The notes beneath the pieces are model-generated. The model was not told where the DNA came from, did no database searches, and was given only the letters and a program-made list of their open reading frames with translations. Of a DNA stretch of 64,000 bases, positions 13,408 through 23,630 are shown piece by piece; within the stretch, counting starts at the first letter, position 1, and the number at the start of each line of letters is the position of its first letter. The translations under genes were made by a program, and so were the position numbers. This DNA comes from Cetorhinus maximus (Eukaryota). The stretch covers positions 11,036,001 through 11,100,000 of the forward strand of contig NC_135903.1 in assembly GCF_964194155.1 (NCBI RefSeq). The letters are read 5' to 3'.

Positions 13408-13822
13408 ATGCAAAAAACGACGTACTACGACAACTGTACTCTATTCGGTGGATACACATACCAAGGAGCAAATGGTTTCAGCTATGAAGTGGCGCAGGAA
13501 CCCTATCCACCATCTTCTCACGTTGAAAGTGATTACCAGAGGTCGGCCTGTTCCCTTCAGCCAGCTGGCACTAGTGCTCCGCATCCCAAATCTAAAGACA
13601 TCAATGGAAGCTGCATGCGTTCGAATCTCCCCGAGCACCGCCAACCTCCACCTGTCTCACCTCCCCAAAATCCCAGCAACAACTCGACACAACCAGGCAC
13701 CAGCAAGACTCTGCCCAAGTCTTCCCACACCTCCACACCCAGCCTCACCAAGCAGATATTCCCATGGATGAAAGAGTCACGGCAAAACTCCAAGCAAAAA
13801 AATAACAACTGTCCCAGCACAG
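13408..13822 (+). CDS. hoxb3: Homeobox protein HoxB3, coding exon 1
   Basis: MQKTTYYDN start; [14 protein letters not shown] hexapeptide region; donor ACAG|gtacac; 415 nt, phase 1. Confidence 0.95.
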
Positions 13823-14660
13823 GTACACCAACTTTTTTTTTAGCAGTTTTAGGGATTCAAGCATCAAATGAAAAGGCTGCACGATTATTTAAATCAAAAC
13901 ATTAAGACCACGATTTTCAAATATCTGCAGCACGTAAAGCCTTTGTCTATACATCGTTAACACTTTGTTGGCCCATTGTTAACATCAAAACATATTGTTC
14001 CCCTTCCCCACCCGCACTTCTTCCAATTTCTCAAATAGTTATTATATTGCTTTGAAAATGAAGCATGCTCTAACATGTAATTCAATAAATATGTACACTG
14101 TACCACTGCTCCTAAACAGCCCAGAATGCACAAAGGTCACGTACTGGTTGATTGTGAAACCAGAAAGTTGATAGGACATCAAAAAGTGAAGTAATAAAAC
14201 GCAGGTAATACAAAAATTGCTACAACCCTATAAATACTAATGCTGCTTCCACTAGTATTATTACTAATAACAACAATATTAACCATATCGGATGTAGCAT
14301 TCTAGATTCTAAGCATGATCTTGGATGGGCCATAATTACATAATTCGGTTGGTTACGTTGCAAATCATCATTTGCCCTGTCCTCTTTAAGTGTATCACTT
14401 CAACTGTGGAATATATTGTTCTAAACATTGTGTCAATATGGTTATGATTCAATTTTCTGAGCTCTAGGGATCCCACGTCATATTTCTGGTGTTGGGGGTA
14501 TAGAACTTTTAATAACGTTTACTGTGAAATGATAGACCTTGATGTGTTAAAGGGGGCGCCTCTGCTTTTCTTTCAAGACTTATTAAATTTATGTGGAGAA
14601 TTTTCTTGTTCAGATCGGTGCACTTTTAAGAGGTAATTATCTTTATTTTATTGCTCACAG

Positions 14661-15430
14661 CTGAAAATGTCAGCGGGGACAAAAGCCCGCCGGGTTCTGC
14701 CTCAAAGCGAGCGCGCACTGCCTATACCAGCGCGCAGTTGGTGGAACTGGAGAAAGAATTCCATTTTAACCGTTACCTTTGCAGACCTCGCCGAGTGGAG
14801 ATGGCGAACCTGCTTAACCTCAGTGAACGACAGATCAAGATCTGGTTTCAGAACCGCCGGATGAAGTACAAAAAGGATCAAAAAACGAAAGGCATGGTGA
14901 GTTCTTCCGGAGGACAATCGCCCACGGGAAGCCCCCCGCTTTCCGTCCAGCCCCCCACTGGATTTGTAAACGCCATGCATTCTCTTGCTAACAACTCTGC
15001 CTATGACGCCCCATCACCGCCGCCTTTCAATAAACCTCATCAGAACGCTTATGCTATGACCACGAGTTACCAAAACCCGATGAAAGGTTGCCCATCGCAG
15101 CAACAGAAAAGATATCCTGGGACAGCTCCAGAATACGACCCCCATGTACTACAGGGGAATGGCAACTATGGGACACCAAACTTGCAGGGTAGTCCTGTGT
15201 ACGTTGGCGGGAACTATGTGGATTCTATGTCCGCTTCGGGGCCTTCTCTCTTCGGCCTCAATCACCTTTCTCACCCTCCAAGCACAAATATGGACTTCAA
15301 TGGTGCTGCTCAGATGGCTCCCAGTCAGCACCATGGACCTTGTGACCCACATCCAACCTACACAGACCTTTCATCGCATCATCCTTCTCAGGGAAGAATT
15401 CAAGAAGCTCCCAAGCTGACCCATCTGTAG
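14661..15430 (+). CDS. hoxb3: Homeobox protein HoxB3, coding exon 2 (homeodomain)
   Basis: Acceptor ttgctcacag; [58 protein letters not shown]; C-terminus [13 protein letters not shown] diagnostic of Hox3; spliced protein 394 aa. Confidence 0.96.
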
Positions 15431-15755
15431 CAGGCCTAAGCAGGGAGATTTACTGAAGAGAAGTAAATAACAAGTTATCCTTTCCTTTTCTCATGATACC
15501 TCTTTGACCCATTCCCTTATTCGTGTCTTCTTATTCATATATGCTGACTTGTATTAATATATTTTGCTTACATTGTCCACTCACAGCCATCCCTCCTCTG
15601 TAGAGTATACTTGCTGCATCCCACGGCCCAGCCCCCTCCCCACCCCCACCCCCACGACCCTTCACCCCTATTACAATCTCTAGGGTTCATTAAACTTGAT
15701 AATGCAAAATCCTAAAGGTTGTACAGGTACATTTCTTTTTTGGACTTAACGTGAA

Positions 15756-15763
15756 ACAGGGTA
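15756..15763 (+). promoter_or_regulatory. miR-10 8-mer seed match (ACAGGGTA) in the HoxB3 3' UTR
   Basis: Complement of miR-10 nt 2-8 plus A1; Hox3 and Hox1 mRNAs are established miR-10 targets. Confidence 0.7.
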
Positions 15764-16350
15764 AATGAACAAATCTTCTGTCCTTTGAAAAAAAGCAAAA
15801 GTGAAGACATTTTGGGTATTTGCTAATGCTGAATTTCCTTTGGACACCTGTATTGCACTTATTGTTTACATTTCAATGGGTGAAAACGCTCATAAGAGGC
15901 AAGCAAATCCAACTCGGCCTTGAAGGAATCTTAAAACTGAGTAGCTGGTGCGTCTTTCAATACGTGTCTATTCTGGTGAACATTCAGATATATTTATTGA
16001 TTAATGCCAGGAAAATATTTCTTCTTTTTTGTATTATTTATCCCCAACAATACGTATTTATATAAAAAAATTAAAAATCTGTACTTTTTAGTATTTACCT
16101 GTCGAAGCGGTTGTATTCATGTCACTGTAAACAAGTTTATTTTAGTTAATGTAAACTAGAACAAAAATGTAGTTTTCTGTTACCATTGTACCTACAAATA
16201 ATGTAGTTATATTGAAGGCATGGGAACAGAATCGGACAGTAATTGTATAGTCATGATTTAGAAAAATATAGCAAATCCTCCTTTTCTGACACTCCTTGCC
16301 TTCTTCGTAGTTATTTTCCTTGCTAAGAGTTGTCTGTCAAACAATTCTGG

Positions 16351-16356
16351 AATAAA
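16351..16356 (+). terminator. Probable HoxB3 polyadenylation signal AATAAA
   Basis: AATAAA followed by GU/U-rich sequence ~0.9 kb after the stop; an ATTAAA near 16070 is an alternative. Confidence 0.5.
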
Positions 16357-18764
16357 TCTCCTGTTAACATATCTTGTTGTATGATTTATATATATCAATG
16401 ATCATAACATGAAAATATAATACATATATGTATACATATATATGCAACCATCGAAACATATTTCATAGGCTGTTTACATTAATGCCCGTCTCTGAAATAA
16501 GCAATTGTGATGGCCAGTCTATTCAAATCATATATTTTAAGCTCTCTCTGCATCACTCCCACACAGGCAAACACGTTTACACACATTGGTACCAGTAGGA
16601 AGCTGTGCCTCGTTTATAGTTCGTTGCCTAATCATTTCTCTGCTCTTATACGTCTCGTCTATTCTAACATCAGAGTGGGGGAGGGGATTAGTGCGAAGCT
16701 TAGTGCTCAGATCATGCCTCTTACAAAACTAAAGAATGAAGCACTTCTCCAGCTTGTAAATATCTTTATTACCAAACAAGGTCCAGAGACTTACACAAAC
16801 ATTCAGGAATTAAGGGGTAAAAAGTTTCCATCCGGTGTAAGGAGACACCACGTGCTGTCTGGGCAAAGCAGTCATTGGATCTGCAACAGAAACAAAGACC
16901 AAAGCATGAGCAGCCTGCCAAAGTACACAGACATTTTCAGCCCATTCCATTCAAAATGAAAGATGTTTTCCTTGGTCTGCTAATCAATTCATTTCATAAA
17001 GTGATGTTATGAGACCAGGATGTGGATGATAATAAATTTTACTCGCAAGGTTTCTATAAACTCTAAAGCATGGGAAATAATTGTGAAAATAGTATTAACC
17101 ACCATGAAAATGTAATTTGATTCCCCAATTATTCAGTTTTTGATACGAAATTGCAGAAAGTAAATAGTTGAGAAGTTTACAGCTCTAACAAAACTTCTAC
17201 TGTGCTTTTAAAAATTAGATTTATTAGATTTTGCGTGCTCTAAAACAGTATGAAGCAGGCCGTTTATAGTAACCACTTCAAACACTATAGTTCTAACCAC
17301 ACATTGTAACAATAGTTTTAACCTATCAGAGACCTAGGGAAGCCAAAGCACCGAGTGATTCTGGTTACCTAATCATATAAAACAGCATTTATTTCTAACA
17401 ACAGTTAAAAGATAATATTACCTCCTGCAGGCCTATTACATTGAGTCATTCTTTAAGCTTTCTGTACACTAATTGTTTAAACACCAAGAATGATGTTTAG
17501 TACTTTTCATTCTTGGTCAAGTAAAATTAATTGCAGATCCTAACATATCAAATTGCGTTGTTTTATAAGTTACTTATTTCTCAGGGCAAGAGCTCACTGA
17601 TATGTTCTTACTGCTGTAATTCCAGTAACAAAAATAAACAAGAGTTAAAGTGGGCACCAGTCATAATTCCTGATATCCAATGTGATAGTATTGATAATCA
17701 TATTTAGTATTTCCTTAACTAATGTTCTCCATCTTAAAACTCAGTCCTGGTAATTTGACCATCATCTTTGATTTTTGCAAAATTTAGATTAAGAAAAACA
17801 TATTTTCTGATCTTGTGATATCAACATGAAAGGCCAAGCTCCTCCAATCAGTTCCTAATCATATGCACAGTGATATGGATCATTTAAAAGCCACAGATCT
17901 GTGTGAAAGTTTTCCTGAGATCGCATAACAATTCTCCAGGGTTTTCCAAATACAATTTCGCAGCTGATGTCAGCCAGAGCTGAAACGATTCGGCGCCATA
18001 TTGTTCGATTTTCGACCTCTCGCCGCCCAGAAAAAAACAGCTTCCAGCATAAAAAAAAAGCCTGAACACATTTTGTTGTTGATGGCGATCCGCAAAATGC
18101 TTCAATCATTTAGCGTTCTTCAGATCTCAACTGAAAAACAACCGTTTACCATTCAGAAACCAATTTTATTTTTTGCCACTATTGGGTGCTATTTAATTCA
18201 TTGCATTAATCTCTATATTCCCTTCTATTTAATGCATTAAAAGCTTATTTTCAGCGCCAGGAATCTCCTTTCACTGTTTATATTGGATTCGTTTAAATAT
18301 GTGCATAGTTAGAAAGAGACTGTGTACAAAACAATACCAAAGCAAACTGAAAATATTTTAACTTTATCGCTTCTTAACTCGTAAACCTTTTCGAGTTTGT
18401 TACGTTTTCAAAGATCAAAGGCTTTCAGAGCGAGGAATAGGCATGATCTTAAGAAACGTGCACAATGAAAATAAATCCGCAGCTACCAATTCAAAACAAA
18501 ACCATACGCCATGTTACATACGGCTTTTTCTCACGTCACATTCTAACCAATTATTCCTCAGTCAATGCTCCCGCTGCAACGCTCACTCAATGAATCAGTG
18601 TCGTTCAGCTAAAATTGCTGCTAATTTTAGTGGCCGGATCAGACGCATTTTAAAAGTAATTAAATATCCTAATGTTCGGATCATTTTCTTGCAGGTTTAA
18701 TAGATTTCTTCTATTCTGAATTGTTTAGGTATCCCAGCGGCCTGTAAGGGCCAGTACGTAAATA

Positions 18765-18840
18765 CTTGCACCCACACATGTTTGACAAACAAAGGTTTCT
18801 AGGCCCCATCGCACGAATTCATTTGCACGTCCCACACAGT
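18765..18840. promoter_or_regulatory. HoxB2 r3/r5 enhancer: Krox20/Egr2 sites with a Sox-like Box1 motif
   Basis: CACCCACAC (18769-18777), ACAAAG (~18789-18794) and TCCCACAC (18830-18837), just upstream of the r4 module as in mouse Hoxb2. Confidence 0.6.
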
Positions 18841-19125
18841 GTTTTAACAGGAGGGATTGCAAGCTGAGCCAAGGCAATGTTTCATATATTTTTTTCCCTT
18901 GAAAACATAAAGATGTTCTAACCTGACTCTGTTCATTTGTAGCCTCACTTAGTTCTCATTAAGTCAGGGATTCATTATTATTATTATGTGTTTGCGGCTT
19001 TTGATTTAAAAATAAATGCATTTCGTCACCCTGCTTTAAAAATGGCAAGAAAGGAAGGCCAGCCTCACTTCCTGGCATTTGATATGGGGAGGCAAATTCT
19101 TCAGTTGTTTGCTCCCGAGCCTTAG

Positions 19126-19158
19126 CTGTCAAACCCTTCTGTGGGGAAAGATTGATCG
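19126..19158 (+). promoter_or_regulatory. HoxB2 r4 enhancer: Prep/Meis site CTGTCA (19126-19131) plus Pbx-Hoxb1 site AGATTGATCG (19149-19158)
   Basis: Both motifs match the recalled mouse Hoxb2 r4 enhancer, in the same order, ~1.1 kb upstream of the ATG. Confidence 0.8.
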
Positions 19159-20054
19159 TGGCCGCCTTCAATCCCTCTTTGGGTCCAGCGTTTAAAAAAG
19201 ATTTCTGTTCTAACTCTCATGCTAGTCTTTAAATAACTTTTTTTTTAAATGGCTCCATTTCACGCAGTCACAAGTTTTTGATGAAGCAGTAAATTTTAAA
19301 TGAGTTTTCAATAAACTTTCGTAGTTTTAAACACGTTTTTGGATGAAAACAATTTTAAATCAACCCCTCAAAAAGAAAACTCTGTCTATAAAGGTCGGAT
19401 AGATAGAGGGATAGATGTATGAATGGATAGATACATAAACAGATAGATAGAAACATGTTGCAGCATTATTTTCCTGGATAAATAGATCAAATAGGCTAAA
19501 ATGGTTACTCAATAGTTTTCTCACTATTTTAAGCCTTCCTCAAATTAAAATCCGATACTTACCTGGTTTCAGAAACCTCTTCTCTGCTTTGAAAATCTAC
19601 TGTAATAGCATTTATATCCGTTCGATAATTGGAAAAAGCACACTTTGTGAATTGTGTCCAATGATACGGGCATTTAAAGGGTTTGGAACTTTCCTACAGG
19701 CAAATTGCAACTGCCTGGCTGATCTCGTGAAAGTTCTATTTTGTTACTGGCCCTCTTGTCAAAACTTTGAAGATTAATGAGGTACCTTGTTAATTACTCA
19801 AGCCGCCAGATTTTAGGTGCAAATCGTCTTCACTTGAATTGCAAAATACTCTGATATAATTGGCAGAATTTTTTTTAAAAAAAATCGACATTCAGCCTTC
19901 TTAAAAATAACGAAAAAAACACGAGAAGAGTTGGTCAAATCTGGAGGTAAATTTAAAATTCTGACAGTAAAAATAAAGTGGAATTTTTTCTTCACTTTTT
20001 TGGATCAATTGCAGAGATAATGATTTCTTTTCATAGACAACAAATTGCTATTGG

Positions 20055-20227
20055 GCAACGCCAATCATGTGACAGCGAATTTGGTCCAATTTCAATCTAG
20101 TCCTCAGTTTAATAGAGTCGGTCCCCATACGCCTTGTAATATCAGAGATACAGAATTAAAGCCTGAAAATATTATTTTTCTCGACCTGCAATATTCATAA
20201 CTTTCTCCATTCGGGATTAAGAAGGCC
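20055..20227 (+). promoter_or_regulatory. HoxB2 proximal promoter and 5' UTR
   Basis: GCCAATCATGTGACAG, TCCAATTTCAA and GGTCCCCATACG blocks recalled from Hox2 promoters; strong Kozak GGCCATGA. Confidence 0.6.
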
Positions 20228-20588
20228 ATGAATTTCGAATTGGAGCGAGAGATTGGTTTTATTAACAGCCAGCCTTCGCTCGCCGAGTGCCTGACGTCCT
20301 TCCCTGCTGTCGCTGATACATTTCAAAGTTCATCAATCAAGAACTCGACGCTTTCACACTCGACACTAATTCCTCCTCCTTTTGAGCAGACCATCCCGAG
20401 CCTGAATCCCAGCAGCAACCAGCCGCGGCCAAGTCGCGAAAAGCGGCCTCCAAATGGCTCGTTCCCATCTGCTGCCGCGGCCGAGTTCCCATGGATGAAA
20501 GAGAAAAAGTCGTCGAAAAAAAACGAGACACCTTTGTCATTATCAGCTCCGGTCCCTGGGTCCTCTCAAGCAACGGAGTCTCCGACAG
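20228..20588 (+). CDS. hoxb2: Homeobox protein HoxB2, exon 1
   Basis: [28 protein letters not shown]...; EFPWMKEKK hexapeptide; donor ACAG|gtctgc; 361 nt, phase 1. Confidence 0.93.
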
Positions 20589-21205
20589 GTCTGCCCAAAG
20601 CCGAGACTTTCTCTGCATCGTTTATATCAAGCCTTTTGTTTTAGATCAAAATCCGTAAATTTACAAAACTCAAACTTTAGTGTATGGTAGCTCTACCAAT
20701 TAGATCGTAGATGACAACGTCTTATAAAGCACGAGCTAATCTGGGATTTTACTGCTGTTTGATTTATGAAATGCATTTATAATTGCCTGATGGATCCAGT
20801 GCTTGGCTCTAAAATGTTGATTTATTGGAATATTTTATTTAATGTTGTTTTAATGTGCGATTTATGTTGTCAAAATGTTTCGATACATTGTAGATTCTAA
20901 TATTTGAATTCTGGCGGCCATGTTGGTCAAACTCATCAGCTGCAACAACTTGAGAAAGGGCAAGAATGTGTTTTGCTGTACGAATTTGTAAATTTTTATA
21001 TATTTATTTAAAGGGCAAAGATTCTAATTGACCGGTTACAAGAAAGAAACATTTACAAAGTTAATTTCAACCTAATTTGTGAAAGAGTGGCTTCTGCCCA
21101 ACAGAAGCTATTGCAGTTTTCTTTTCAATGTGCGTGTTAAACATTTACTTTCACTCCTCCTCACGGTCTTTCTTTCTTTCTCTCTTTCTGCCCTTTTCTT
21201 GTTAG

Positions 21206-21921
21206 AAGGCCAGGGTGAACAGGATAACAGCAGCAGCTCCCGCAGATTAAGGACAGCCTACACAAATACGCAGCTCTTGGAACTAGAGAAAGAGTTTCAC
21301 TTCAACAAATACCTGTGCAGGCCACGCAGAGTGGAAATCGCGGCCCTACTCGACCTGACTGAGAGGCAAGTTAAAGTCTGGTTCCAGAACCGACGCATGA
21401 AGCATAAGAGGCAAGCACAGTATAAAGAAAACCAAGACGGGGAAGCTAGTTTCCCCAACAGCTCGCTTCCAGAGGACAAAGCCGAGGAGTCATCGCCTTA
21501 CAGCCAACCTGTCGAAGCATCAGGAACTTATTTAGAAAATAAAAACTGCGCCGAGCAAGCAAAAAAGCAAAGCCAAAACACACTTAGCAAAGAACTCCAG
21601 AACTTGCAGGATCTGACTGTGTGCGGCAGCGATGGAAAAGCCAAGAGTCCCTTCTATCTGACGGCCAGTGTTGAAAACGGGTTTACAGCAGGTCAAAATT
21701 GTAGCTCTGGTCTGGACACTCTCAGTTCGGAGGCCTTGGATTTGGTCTCCCTGCCAGATTTAAACATGTTTTCTTCGGATTCCTATCTGCCGTTCTCCGA
21801 TGGATTATCTCCCAGCTTGCAGGATTCCATCGACAGCCCTGTGGATATCCCTGAGGACAGTTTTGATTTTTTCACCAGCGCTCTCTGCACAATAGACTTG
21901 CAGCACCTTAATTATCAGTAG
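21206..21921 (+). CDS. hoxb2: Homeobox protein HoxB2, exon 2 (homeodomain)
   Basis: Long polypyrimidine tract plus ttag acceptor; [59 protein letters not shown]; C-terminal LCTIDLQHL; spliced protein 358 aa. Confidence 0.95.
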
Positions 21922-22369
21922 CAATTCGCAAGACATAAGGCCCGTGTAGAAATGCAGCCATGTTTAAAAATATGTTCATTATTTCCTATTTTAAATTACA
22001 ATAATGTGGGATATTAAAGAAAGGTCTGTGTGATATAGGATTGATCTCACAGTAAATAATTTATCCTTCAGCCTTGACCTGGAGTCTACAAGAATTGCAG
22101 TCTTTATTGCACAGGTATTTAATTAAATACGGTTTTGTTCAGTTGCATTTTCCTAAATTCGTCAAGACGTGAAAAAATGTAGATTCCCCCTTTTCACTAA
22201 CTCAGGAAAACATATATCGGAATTGTATTTATAGCAAAGCTGTTTTATCTTATAGCTCCCAAAAGGACAACTGTGACGAGTTATTTTATGTTTTAGAGGT
22301 AGCCTATTTATTATAAATTCTGAAATAGTGAATTTTAAATTATTTATTGTACATTATTTTCATAGTTTA

Positions 22370-22375
22370 AATAAA
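22370..22375 (+). terminator. Probable HoxB2 polyadenylation signal AATAAA
   Basis: AATAAA after an AU-rich UTR, followed by GU-rich ctgtctgtgttt. Confidence 0.6.
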
Positions 22376-23569
22376 ACGACTTAATTCTTTAATGAAACTT
22401 CACTGTCTGTGTTTCAAGGTGGCTGTTAATGTGTTATTCTTTTCGAAATATGTGCACCAAGAATTAGATCAGAAATAGCTCACACAGGAAGTATTGGTTG
22501 TAAATTGACAAAAAACGTAAATCACACTTGATTAACTGAAGTAAATCACAGTATTTTTATCTAAGAATTTTTTTTATCTATCCTGAATACTTGGATTGGT
22601 CGTGCTGGATCTACAATAGAAAAATGGCAGGAGTTATTTAGCCTAGTTGTTGTGCCAATCCATCGCTTTAAGTAATAAAAAGGGTGGATAACCAAGTGTT
22701 CTAACATCCTTTGGAGCTAGTGTAGCTACTGTATATGTTTTTGTAAATGGTTCGCTTAATGCTTGTATATGGTTTAGTGAAATAGGTAGACCAAATGTGT
22801 ATTTTAACAAATTTGGAGTGTTAATGCCATTTCTCTCTGTGTTTGACGTCTTCTCCCCGCCCCCATCCGTTCGAGAATCAAAGTGACCAACTATTATTCA
22901 ACCAACTCCCCACCCAGGAGCTGAATTGAGATTTCCAGCTCCCCGATTTCGCCAATTTCTGAAAAAAATTGAACCTTCTAAGAACATTGTAGCGTAATTC
23001 TATAGCAAACTACTTCAAGAAGAAACCTAGGAAAAGATGTGTGAAATTGAATTAAAGTAGACATCTCCAACATGGAGCAAGGACTACTGCAGGCTTGATG
23101 GGCAGAATAGTCAACATACACAGAAATTGATTTTATTCTTTTGAATGTCCATTTTACGTTTAACTTAAACGGATTTTAAATATCTTAGAATATAAAACTG
23201 ATCATCGAAATGCGGAAAACATAAAGTTTATTATAGACACAGATGTCCTACGGGGAAGATAGTGGAAGTGGTTGGGTGGAGGGGTTCAATGTGGAGGGGT
23301 TCAATTTGATTCCGTTCCCACTCATCCAAACGCTTCTTTCCACTAACCATTCCTCACTGAAATAATTTAACAACTATCTGATTGTGTACGGGTCTCCTGG
23401 AATTTAATCCCGTTTAGTTGGCGTAATGGGTTGTTTTAAATATCTGGCATTGCATGCCCTTTCCCTTTCAGTTTTTCCCATGTTACATAAAGTCGTCACA
23501 ATGCCACTATGCTGGTTGGTCACCCTTCATCCCAACCATCGTTTTTTTGTTTTGTGGGGGTGGAGTGAG

Positions 23570-23630
23570 GGGGGAGTGATTTGGCGGGTGGTTTTACAGC
23601 CGGATGCCCTTCCTGCCGCTAACCCTCCCA
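23570..23630 (-). mobile_element. Short SINE-like fragment (possibly a MetaSINE core domain)
   Basis: ttttacagccggatgcccttcctgccgctaacc is a motif I recognise from widespread metazoan SINEs; family assignment uncertain. Confidence 0.5.

Noticed and set aside
14702-14980. Antisense ORFs over the homeoboxes (also 21297-21479 and 31531-31818)
   Set aside because: Expected shadow ORFs of coding sequence
16507-16959. 150-aa ORF after HoxB3
   Set aside because: No recognisable homology or exon structure; probably a chance ORF
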